DNA of 20,933 nt from the sequence record SRR22947727_2435, one strand, 5' to 3'. Position numbers and translations under genes: made by a program. Shown piece by piece: positions 1 to 9,538 of the stretch; positions within the stretch are counted from its first letter, which is position 1, and the number at the start of each line of letters is the position of its first letter. Below the pieces are notes generated by a model that saw only the letters and a program-made list of their open reading frames with translations, was not told the DNA's origin and did no database searches.

Positions 1-1
1 A

Positions 2-1785
<1,784 letters not shown>

Positions 1786-1873
1786 GGTTTACTCCAAGCC
1801 CCAGAAAGACCGCGAGAGCGGTCGCGCACCAGGCGATTCTATCGCCCTCATTCCTGGGCCTGTCGATGGGTGT

Positions 1874-2470
1874 TTAGGAAAAAGACCTACGGCCCTCAAA
1901 TGCGCGACCCAGAGTTACCTCGTCGGCGTATTCCAGGTCACCACCAACGGGAAGTCCACTCGCAAGGCGAGTCACAGAGAGCCCTGGCTGAACCAGGAGC
2001 CGACTCAGGTACGTCGCTGTTGCTTCGCCCTCGAGATTGGGATCAGTCGCAATGATGACCTCCGTCACCGACGAGTCCGCAAGACGGGCGAGTAGCTCGG
2101 AGATTCTCAGATCATCGGGACCGACGCCATCAATGGGGCTGATTGCCCCTCCCAACACATGATAGAGACCCCGGTACTCACGTGTCCGTTCAATAGCGAG
2201 AACATCCTTGGCTTCCTCGACCACACAAATTAGTGCGGGGTTCCGTTTCGCATCGGAGCAGAAACCACAGGTGTCACTGTCCGAAATCATTCCGCAGATG
2301 TGACAGAACCTGACCTTCTCCCTTACCGTCTCCAGAAGTTCGGAAAGCTTTGTCGGGTCATAGCCCTGGTTCTGAATGATGAAGAAGGCAATGCGTTGCG
2401 CAGACTTCGGGCCAACGCCCGGAAGTTTGCCAAACTCATCAATGAGGTCTTGGACTATCCCCTCATACAT
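1874..2470 (-). CDS. recR: Recombination mediator RecR
   Basis: [14 protein letters not shown] HhH motif, C4 zinc finger (CHIC...CGFC), Toprim [22 protein letters not shown]. Confidence 0.98.
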   Translation of the reverse strand: MYEGIVQDLIDEFGKLPGVGPKSAQRIAFFIIQNQGYDPTKLSELLETVREKVRFCHICGMISDSDTCGFCSDAKRNPALICVVEEAKDVLAIERTREYRGLYHVLGGAISPIDGVGPDDLRISELLARLADSSVTEVIIATDPNLEGEATATYLSRLLVQPGLSVTRLASGLPVGGDLEYADEVTLGRAFEGRRSFS

Positions 2471-2472
2471 GG

Positions 2473-4245
2473 CTAGCGCTCATCCTGCTCAGAGACTGGA
2501 TGCTCTTCCACGAGTTCACCACCGAGGACTTCACGAATGACAGCTTCACCGATTTGCCCCTGGGAGGATGTTGTGGTCGGAACCTCAGGGGGCTCATCCT
2601 CAGCTTCGACCTCTGCAACTTCTGGCTCTGGGGCACCTGGCGGCGTAACGGTGGGCCATGAGGTTGGCCCCGATTCTGGCTCTGGGTCAGGCTCCGGTTC
2701 TGACTGCGGGGTCGGCTCAGGTGCGGGCGCGCTCTGGACGGGATCAACCACTGGCTTGTCTCGAACAATCTCTTGGATCTTGAACCTCACACGGTGGCCT
2801 GTCACTGCCAGAATCGCTTCGCGAACTAATTCGGCATTCACAGGGAGACCGGGTCCTTGCGGCTTCTTCAACACCTCTGCTGCTTGCAGCGAGGGGAACC
2901 CAATGGTCACGACGTCATCAACGAGGGCGAGTGCTTCCGTGTCCAGCAGCGCAGTCCATACCGCGCGCTTCTTCTCTGCTACCGACTCAATGACGGCAGG
3001 CCACGACGCGCTCAGGAGTTCAAGACTGAGAGGCTTGGCGGGTTCAGCAGGAGTCTCGGTCACGGGTACGTGAGTGGGAGCCTCCGTTGCGGGCGGGGAC
3101 ACTGGTGCCGGTGCCGCCACCGGCTGAGAAGCAGCAGGGGAGGGTGACCCATCGAGCAATAGACGCGCCATCAGGAGTTCCAGGTGAAGCCTGGGGGAGG
3201 TCGCTCCCGTCATGGATTGCAAGGCTTCACTCACCACATCGGCCATTCCCGAGAGCCTCTGCGGCCCGAGGGTGGTGGCCAAGGAGCGCATCTGCTCAAT
3301 CACCGGTGCGCTAATGCCCGGAAGGAGAGCGCCAGCCTCTTGGCCCGCGGCCAACACAACAATCAGGTCGCGCATGTATTCGAGGAGATCTTCTCCAAAG
3401 CGGCGAGGATCCTGTCCAGTGTGCATGACTTTGTCGAGAGCAACAAAAGACTGTGCTCCGCTTCCTTGGGCCACCGCGCCCACAACTTCCGCTAAGAGCT
3501 CACCGTGGGTGTAACCCAGGAGCCCCACCGCGCGGTCGTACGAGACAGAGGAATCGGTAGACCCAGCAATCAACTGGTCCAATACGGAAAGGGTGTCTCG
3601 CACAGATCCTCCACCCGCTCGCACCACCAGGGGAAGCACGCCCTCTTCTACCGAGACCCCCTCGCTCGAGCAGACCGACTCGATGTACGCAAGAAGATCC
3701 GCAGGAGGAACGAGTCGGAACGGGTAATGGTGGGTTCTTGAACGAATGGTGCCAATTACTTTGTCGGGCTCTGTCGTCGCAAAAATGAACTTCACATGCT
3801 CCGGTGGCTCCTCGACGATTTTGAGGAGAGCGTTGAAGCCTTGCTGGGTAACCATGTGGGCCTCATCCAGGATGAAAATCTTGTAGCGATCGCGCGCGGG
3901 CGCATATACAGCGCGCTCACGAAGGTCTCTCGCGTCGTCCACTCCGTTGTGGCTGGCAGCGTCGATCTCGACAACATCGAGTGATCCGCCACCATCGCGG
4001 GATAACTCCACACAACTCGGGCAGGTTCCACACGGAGTGTCTGTTGGACCCTGGTGACAGTTCAAGCACCGGGCCAGAATTCTGGCGGAGGTTGTCTTGC
4101 CACAGCCTCTGGGCCCGCTGAACAAATAGGCGTGGTTGACCCGGTCGGCCGTCAGTGCCTGCATAAGGGGGTCGGTGACCTGGGATTGACCGATGAGCTC
4201 GGCAAATGACTCAGGTCGATATCGTCGATAGAGAGCAGCCACCAC
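2473..4245 (-). CDS. dnaX: DNA polymerase III subunit gamma/tau
   Basis: LYRRYRP, Walker [10 protein letters not shown], zinc-binding Cys cluster, [17 protein letters not shown], Pro/Glu-rich C-terminal linker. Confidence 0.97.
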   Translation of the reverse strand: MVAALYRRYRPESFAELIGQSQVTDPLMQALTADRVNHAYLFSGPRGCGKTTSARILARCLNCHQGPTDTPCGTCPSCVELSRDGGGSLDVVEIDAASHNGVDDARDLRERAVYAPARDRYKIFILDEAHMVTQQGFNALLKIVEEPPEHVKFIFATTEPDKVIGTIRSRTHHYPFRLVPPADLLAYIESVCSSEGVSVEEGVLPLVVRAGGGSVRDTLSVLDQLIAGSTDSSVSYDRAVGLLGYTHGELLAEVVGAVAQGSGAQSFVALDKVMHTGQDPRRFGEDLLEYMRDLIVVLAAGQEAGALLPGISAPVIEQMRSLATTLGPQRLSGMADVVSEALQSMTGATSPRLHLELLMARLLLDGSPSPAASQPVAAPAPVSPPATEAPTHVPVTETPAEPAKPLSLELLSASWPAVIESVAEKKRAVWTALLDTEALALVDDVVTIGFPSLQAAEVLKKPQGPGLPVNAELVREAILAVTGHRVRFKIQEIVRDKPVVDPVQSAPAPEPTPQSEPEPDPEPESGPTSWPTVTPPGAPEPEVAEVEAEDEPPEVPTTTSSQGQIGEAVIREVLGGELVEEHPVSEQDER

Positions 4246-4251
4246 GCCTTG

Positions 4252-4257
4252 AGCCTA
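4252..4257 (-). promoter_or_regulatory. Putative -10 element (TAGGCT) 6 nt upstream of the dnaX GTG; leaderless transcript
   Basis: TANNNT-N6-start geometry and no SD visible. Confidence 0.6.
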
Positions 4258-4295
4258 CCGGGCACTCATGAGTACACGACTGTGGCTCGAAAAGA

Positions 4296-4386
4296 GAAGA
4301 CTCCCCGCGCACCCACCAGAGCCCAGTTACCCTTGCTACGTTTCCGTCCTGGGGGAGTTAGCCAAGTTAGTGCCACGCGAGGAGCC
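4296..4386 (-). ncRNA. ffs: Signal recognition particle RNA (small bacterial SRP, 4.5S)
   Basis: Minus strand GGCTCCTCGCG...CCCCAGGACGGAAACGTAGCAAGGG...CGCGGGGAGTC forms a long hairpin with the conserved CAGG/GGAA/AGCA domain IV. Canonical position upstream of dnaX; -10 TAAACT at 4393-4398. Confidence 0.93.
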
Positions 4387-4446
4387 ACCCCGAGTTTATC
4401 GTTAGGATGGAGTTCGCGTTGGTCGAGTAAATCCCTCCATCGCAAC

Positions 4447-4531
4447 GGAGGATTCGCCTAGTGGCCTATGGCGCACGCTTGGAAAGCGTGTTGGGTGAAA
4501 GCCCTCGGGGGTTCGAATCCCCCATCCTCCG
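4447..4531 (+). tRNA. tRNA-Ser(GGA)
   Basis: Acceptor stem GGAGGAT/ATCCTCC, anticodon arm CACGC-TTGGAAA-GCGTG, long variable arm, T-loop GTTCGAATC; CCA not encoded. Confidence 0.97.
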
Positions 4532-4616
4532 CGAAATTTTGTCAGCCCCACCATCAAGACCCAAGCGACCACGAGTTCTCTTGCGGAACTGAATTTGCCG
4601 AGCCTGTGGTCTGTGT

Positions 4617-5351
4617 CTACACCCCATAGAAGACATCGTGACCCTCTATGTCAGAATACGACGGCCGCTGCCGCACTGCTCTCTCCCGGGGTATCGCAAA
4701 CATCAACTGGCGACGTTGGAGTTTTCTCCAATGCCGATCGATTGCCACAATCCCCAAGGGCTTTCCGGCTTGGATGAGCTGGGTCGCCTCAACAAAGGAA
4801 TCCCGCAGCATCGGCAGTGCGCGTGTCTTCACCACGTAACAGGCGGCTGTCGCTGTGTCTGCGGTAATCGCAAGTCGGGACGATATGGCGTGAGGGGGCA
4901 ACCTCAGGTGAAACGCGAGGCACAGAACGTCGAGGACTGGGTTTGTAAGGAACTCACTCACTAACGTGCGCAGCTCTTCTGCAGAGACAAGAAACTCAAT
5001 GTCGTCTTCACAGATCATGACCGCGGGTTCGAGGCCTTGAACTTGCTCCATCAGCTGAGCATGGGATAGAGCACACCCCAATGCCCCATTCGAATCCTTG
5101 ACAGCGCTAAAGCGAGACCACTGCGTGATTCCCATTTGTGCAAGCTCTGCCTCGGTCTCGCGGAGCCGATCAGAACGGGATTCCAGGTTGATGACCCGGG
5201 TAGAAACAGGGTCGACAGTAGGCAGACTAGGTGCCGGGTTGGCCTTACCCAGTGCGAGACGCCTCACGGTGTAACGAGGACCGAGCATCCACTGATCAAT
5301 CCGCCGAAAGAATGCGAGGACATGGCGCTTGAGGTGTCGTCTCACCTCCAT
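4617..5351 (-). CDS. Glycosyltransferase family 25
   Basis: VINLESRSDRL, RFSAV, GCALSH, ICEDD and SDIE motifs typical of GT25. Confidence 0.85.
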   Translation of the reverse strand: MEVRRHLKRHVLAFFRRIDQWMLGPRYTVRRLALGKANPAPSLPTVDPVSTRVINLESRSDRLRETEAELAQMGITQWSRFSAVKDSNGALGCALSHAQLMEQVQGLEPAVMICEDDIEFLVSAEELRTLVSEFLTNPVLDVLCLAFHLRLPPHAISSRLAITADTATAACYVVKTRALPMLRDSFVEATQLIQAGKPLGIVAIDRHWRKLQRRQLMFAIPRERAVRQRPSYSDIEGHDVFYGV

Positions 5352-5567
5352 AAACCAACCCCTCTCTGAGCTACCTCTGCGTAAGCACGCTATCCGTATC
5401 CAAGTGACATCAACCTGAACCCCATAAGGCTAAGCCAAGGAGTCACCGTCACTATCCTGCCGGTATCGAATGCGGCACTAAAGATCGAGGTCAACGCTCA
5501 TCCTCGTGATGCGGTGTAGCGTGAGAAATCATTCACAAACGGATGGCTACAGGAAGATTCGAGGAGC

Positions 5568-6446
5568 ATGGCTGAGCAACCGGTCTCTCTTGCTGTCCTG
5601 ATTTTGGCGCACAAAAACCTGCAGCAGGTCGCACGGTTAGTCGGCCACCTCCAGGCTTCGTTTGATGTATTTGTCCATCTGGATAAGCGCTCCGGCCTGA
5701 CAGCAGAGGATTTCAGCAGTTTCCACAGAACGACCGTCATCAAGACGTTCAAGGCCGGCTGGGGAAGCGTGGGAATTGTTCGCGCCACCCTGGAATTACT
5801 CTCAGTGGCATCACACAGTGGGATATATGACCGATTCATCTTGATTTCAGCTCAGGACGTCCCCCTCAAGTCCAACGACGAGATCCAGTCCTTCTTTTCC
5901 CGTCATCCCACTACCGACTTTGTAGATTCAAGGAACTTCACCCCTGCAGATCACTCTCGACTCACACGGCTTACGCACTTTCATTTCTTCTCGCGAAAGT
6001 CCTTGAGCGGCACGTTCACCCGGTGGTCAGCGGATGTGAGTCGGCATCTTGATAAGGCATTGTGGTCGCTGGGGATTCGTCGTTCCATGGACTACCGATT
6101 CAAGTGGGGATCTCAATGGATGGATCTCACCGGAGACACTGTGGAAAGAGTCCTGCAGTTCGTTAAGAAAGATAAGAATTTTGTGAAGAGATTCAGGTTC
6201 ACCTTCTGTCCCGACGAGTTCTTTTTCCAAACTGCCCTCGAGCACTGTGGGTCACAGGGCACTGTCCTGAGGGAGCCCAGACGCTTCACTGACTGGATTT
6301 CTGGTCCAGAGCACCCGCGGGTGCTGCGAAGCGAGGACCTAGAACGAGTTACAGATAGCGACATGCTCTTCGCCCGGAAATGTGATCCCTTAGTCGACTC
6401 ACAATTCATTGATGACCTCTACCGTCAGATCGAGCGCACACCATAG
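5568..6446 (+). CDS. Glycosyltransferase family 14 (core-2/I-branching beta-1,6-GlcNAc transferase-like)
   Basis: LILAHK, FVHLDK, WG..GIVRATL, LISAQDVPLKS, WGSQWMDL, PDEFFFQT, LFARK motifs; GAGGAG RBS. Confidence 0.88.
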   Translation: MAEQPVSLAVLILAHKNLQQVARLVGHLQASFDVFVHLDKRSGLTAEDFSSFHRTTVIKTFKAGWGSVGIVRATLELLSVASHSGIYDRFILISAQDVPLKSNDEIQSFFSRHPTTDFVDSRNFTPADHSRLTRLTHFHFFSRKSLSGTFTRWSADVSRHLDKALWSLGIRRSMDYRFKWGSQWMDLTGDTVERVLQFVKKDKNFVKRFRFTFCPDEFFFQTALEHCGSQGTVLREPRRFTDWISGPEHPRVLRSEDLERVTDSDMLFARKCDPLVDSQFIDDLYRQIERTP

Positions 6447-6518
6447 GCGCCTGGAGTTGAGAGCGTCTGATGACGTTCTCGTCACCTCTGCAAGGAAGCC
6501 CAATCCGCTCCTTCGGGC

Positions 6519-6524
6519 TACGCT
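6519..6524 (+). promoter_or_regulatory. Putative -10 (TACGCT) 6 nt upstream of GTG 6531; leaderless
   Basis: TANNNT-N6-GTG and no SD. Confidence 0.5.
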
Positions 6525-6530
6525 GGTTTT

Positions 6531-7313
6531 GTGATTCTCAAGCGGATGCTGGCTCTATTTCGTCGAGGGCTTGCATTGAGGAGCAAGCTCGTTCGACGCG
6601 CTAGGGGCGCCAGACTCAAGGCACGTTGGGATAATCGTCTTAACACGTCACCGGTGAATCCCTCACCCGGCTGGGACCCCGACACTGTCTTCGACAGACT
6701 AGATGTTGTCGTCATCAATCTGGATTCCAGACCTGATCGTTTGCAGGAGTTTTCTGACGAGGCCAGAAAGCTGGGGCTCACCTCTTGGCGCAGGTTTTCC
6801 GCAGTCGATGGACGGCAACAATTTCCCGATCTGGATCCTTTTTACTCGGGGTCCATTGGGTGCTCACTCTCACATGTTTACGCTTTCGACGAAGCGCAAT
6901 GGGATTCCAAGGACGCTCTCCTTGTATGCGAAGACGATGTCGAGTTCCTCGTTGACAAATCAACGCTTGCGGCCGTAATCCAGGAGTTTCTGGAGAACCC
7001 CAATCTTGACGTCCTCGCTCTCTATGGGCGGGCACGAGGTGGATCACATCACATATCCGACACCCTCAGAATTGTTGTTGGTCTGGTGGGAACCGTCTGT
7101 TACGTGGTGAAGCCTCATATGATTGAGGTAATCGGAGACCTCTTCACGCAAGGGGTTGAAGATCTGAAACTCGGAAAGCGCAGAGGAAAAAGCGACGTTC
7201 TATGGAATCAACTCCAAAAGAAGGGCTACTTCTTTGCCGCTCCAGTTAGGACCTACTCCCGCAACCGAGAAGGATTTTCTGACATAGAGGGTCGAGTCCT
7301 GGGTCCGCGATGA
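6531..7313 (+). CDS. Glycosyltransferase family 25
   Basis: VINLDSRPDRL, RFSAVDG, GCSLSH, VCEDD, FSDIEG motifs. Confidence 0.85.
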   Translation: MILKRMLALFRRGLALRSKLVRRARGARLKARWDNRLNTSPVNPSPGWDPDTVFDRLDVVVINLDSRPDRLQEFSDEARKLGLTSWRRFSAVDGRQQFPDLDPFYSGSIGCSLSHVYAFDEAQWDSKDALLVCEDDVEFLVDKSTLAAVIQEFLENPNLDVLALYGRARGGSHHISDTLRIVVGLVGTVCYVVKPHMIEVIGDLFTQGVEDLKLGKRRGKSDVLWNQLQKKGYFFAAPVRTYSRNREGFSDIEGRVLGPR

Positions 7314-7317
7314 TGGG

Positions 7318-8340
7318 ATGGACAGCGTGAGCACACTCGCCGACGTCGCAAAACTTGCGGGGGTGTCGAAGTCAACGGCATCCAGAGCCCTGTCTGGGCG
7401 TGGCTCTGTTTCTCTGCGGACACAAGAAAAAGTCTCCGCTGCGGCCGAAGAGTTGGGTTTTGTCCCCTCTAGTGCCGCCGAAAGTCTCGCAACAGGACGC
7501 TCGCGCAACATCGCCGTGGTGACCCCGTTCATTAACCGCTGGTTTTATGCAGAAGTCATTGACGGAGTGGAGTCGGCACTCATTGGTGCCGGGTATGACC
7601 TCACCTTGTATCGACTCACCAATGACACAGACCAACGTAAAGCCTTGTTTGACTACTTCCTCGTAAGAAAAGGGGTGGACGCGGTCATCGCTCTGACCCT
7701 TTTCGTCAGTGATGACGAGGTTCAGAGGCTTCGAAAGTTGGGCAAACCCATCGTCGGAATTGGAGGTCAGATCCCCGGCATCCCGACCTTCTCCATCGAC
7801 GATGTAAGGACCGCTAAGCGGGCGACAGAACATCTCCTCGAGTTAGGTCACGCCAGACTCATCCACATCGGTGGAGACCAGCAGAAACAGCTCGACTTTG
7901 AGGTTCATTCGAATCGACTCAAAGGCTTTCGCAAAGCCCTGAGGGAGGCCGACTTGAGCCACTCCGATGATTTTTTCGCCGATGATTTTGACATCGCGGG
8001 AGGTTACCGAAGCGCACTGAAAGCTCTTGGGGACCCAAAGTTTCGCCCAACCGCGATTGTTGCGGGATCTGATGAGATTGCGATTGGTGTAATGACAGCC
8101 GCTCGGGAACTCGGGATCCGCATCCCCGAAGACCTCTCCATCATCGGAATCGACGGTCATCCTCTGGGAGAAACGTTTGGCCTCACGACCATGAACCAGC
8201 ACCCTTCCCGCCAAGGAAGTATGGCTGTTTCTGAAGCCTTGGCACAATTGGGAGGAGCGTGGGATGAGTCTGACGATTCCCACCTCGAGCTGCAAGTCGA
8301 TCTCAAGATCCGAGCCAGCACAGCTCCACCGCCGGCTTAA
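7318..8340 (+). CDS. LacI-family transcriptional regulator
   Basis: TLADVAKLAGVSKSTASRAL HTH followed by a periplasmic-binding-protein-like domain (IPEDLSIIGID). Start could be GTG 7327. Confidence 0.95.
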   Translation: MDSVSTLADVAKLAGVSKSTASRALSGRGSVSLRTQEKVSAAAEELGFVPSSAAESLATGRSRNIAVVTPFINRWFYAEVIDGVESALIGAGYDLTLYRLTNDTDQRKALFDYFLVRKGVDAVIALTLFVSDDEVQRLRKLGKPIVGIGGQIPGIPTFSIDDVRTAKRATEHLLELGHARLIHIGGDQQKQLDFEVHSNRLKGFRKALREADLSHSDDFFADDFDIAGGYRSALKALGDPKFRPTAIVAGSDEIAIGVMTAARELGIRIPEDLSIIGIDGHPLGETFGLTTMNQHPSRQGSMAVSEALAQLGGAWDESDDSHLELQVDLKIRASTAPPPA

Positions 8341-8344
8341 CGAC

Positions 8345-8374
8345 TGTGGGCGCCCACCGAAGTGAGCGCCCACA
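8345..8374 (-). terminator. Hairpin terminator of rplJL, between convergent rplL and lacI
   Basis: Minus strand TGTGGGCGCTCAC-TTCG-GTGGGCGCCCACA: 13-bp stem with a cUUCGg tetraloop, no U-tract. Confidence 0.75.
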
Positions 8375-8389
8375 AGATTCTCAGGGTGA

Positions 8390-8782
8390 CTACTTGAGGG
8401 TGACGGTTCCGCCAGCCTCTTCGAGAGCAGCCTTGGCCTTCTCAGCGGTCTCCTTGTTGGCTCCTTCGAGCACAACACCGGGGGCGCCGTCAACGAGTGC
8501 CTTTGCCTCACCGAGACCGAGGTTGGTGAGTGCGCGCACCTCCTTGATGACCTGGATCTTCTTGTCGCCAGCAGCTTCGAGAACGACGTCAAAAGAGTCC
8601 TTCTCTTCAGCGGCTCCGCCTGCGTCGCCACCAGCAGGTGCAGCACCTGCAGCAGCAACAGCAACGGGGGCTGCAGCGGTAACTTCGAATACCTCTTCGA
8701 ACTTCTTCACGAACTCGCTGAGTTCAATGAGTGAAAGCTCCTTGAAGCCTTCAATGAGCTCATCAGTTGAGAGCTTGGCCAT
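8390..8782 (-). CDS. rplL: 50S ribosomal protein L7/L12
   Basis: MAKLSTDEL...[12 protein letters not shown]...[10 protein letters not shown]...[20 protein letters not shown]. Confidence 0.99.
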   Translation of the reverse strand: MAKLSTDELIEGFKELSLIELSEFVKKFEEVFEVTAAAPVAVAAAGAAPAGGDAGGAAEEKDSFDVVLEAAGDKKIQVIKEVRALTNLGLGEAKALVDGAPGVVLEGANKETAEKAKAALEEAGGTVTLK

Positions 8783-8825
8783 GATTTCTCCTTAGTTTTT
8801 CTTGGTCGAGTGAATACCGCTGGGA

Positions 8826-9341
8826 CTAACCAGCGGACTCTTGCTTCTGGCGAAGGGCGTCGACAGTGCGAGCGGCCTGCGCCAAGGGGGCAGTGAACAT
8901 GTATGCAGCGCCAAACAGCGAAGCCTTGAAGGCACCTGCGAGCTTTGCGAGCAGGACCTCTCTGGTTTCGAGGTTTGCCAGTTGCATAACTTCTGCTGGG
9001 GAGATGGGGGCGCCATCGAAGTAGCCACCCTTGATCACCAGCGCGGGGTTGTCCTTGGCAAAGTCACGCAGACTCTTCGCAACGGTGACGGCGTCGCCGT
9101 GCACGAATGCGAGAGCAGAGGGGCCAATGAGCATGCCATCGAACGCGTCGATGCCTGCCTCTTTGGCCGCAATCTTTGTCAGCGTGTTCTTCACCACGGC
9201 ATAGGTAGCGTCGGCCTGAATGCCTCGACGCAGCTCTTTCAGCTGCGCGACACTCAGTCCGCGATACTCAGTAAGCACAATGGCCGATGAGGTACGGAAG
9301 TGCTCCGTAAGCTCGGCGACCGTTGCTTCCTTGTTCGCCAT
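8826..9341 (-). CDS. rplJ: 50S ribosomal protein L10
   Basis: TEYRGLSVAQLKELRR, VVKNTL. Start re-called at ATG 9341 (MANKEAT), which has an AAGGAG RBS; the 9419 start lies inside the leader. Confidence 0.98.
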   Translation of the reverse strand: MANKEATVAELTEHFRTSSAIVLTEYRGLSVAQLKELRRGIQADATYAVVKNTLTKIAAKEAGIDAFDGMLIGPSALAFVHGDAVTVAKSLRDFAKDNPALVIKGGYFDGAPISPAEVMQLANLETREVLLAKLAGAFKASLFGAAYMFTAPLAQAARTVDALRQKQESAG

Positions 9342-9388
9342 GGTGCTCCTTAGTACGAATGATGTGGATGCCTCGTCCACCGGACATG

Positions 9389-9417
9389 AAAAAAGCTCCG
9401 GCGCGGGCGCACGGAGC
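9389..9417 (-). terminator. Intrinsic terminator/attenuator within the rplJ leader
   Basis: Minus strand GCTCCG-TGCGCCCGCGC-CGGAGC followed by TTTTTT, about 50 nt before the rplJ start. Confidence 0.65.
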
Positions 9418-9448
9418 AAGAAATCGTGGATGATTTTCTACTGACATA

Positions 9449-9529
9449 CACCTGCGCGGGCCCTCAAGATTGCTCTTGATGCTTCGGTGCCAGGAGATTG
9501 CTCTCCCGCCACGACCGGCGGTCTTCGGC
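9449..9529 (-). promoter_or_regulatory. L10 leader (L10/L12 autoregulatory RNA)
   Basis: GCCGAAGACCGCCGG...CCGAAG...CCCGCGCAGG upstream of rplJ, matching my recollection of the L10-leader core; -10 TAGCCT at 9536-9541. Confidence 0.8.
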
Positions 9530-9538
9530 TAGGAAAGG

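Noticed and set aside
2570-2740. PE/PQ-rich repeats in the dnaX C-terminus and a possible gamma/tau frameshift site
   Set aside because: An ordinary low-complexity linker. No AAAAAAG or long A-run slippery site seen.
5089-5098. TTCGAATCC match to the tRNA-Ser T-loop as a possible att site
   Set aside because: Only 9 nt, inside a coding region, and no integrase nearby.
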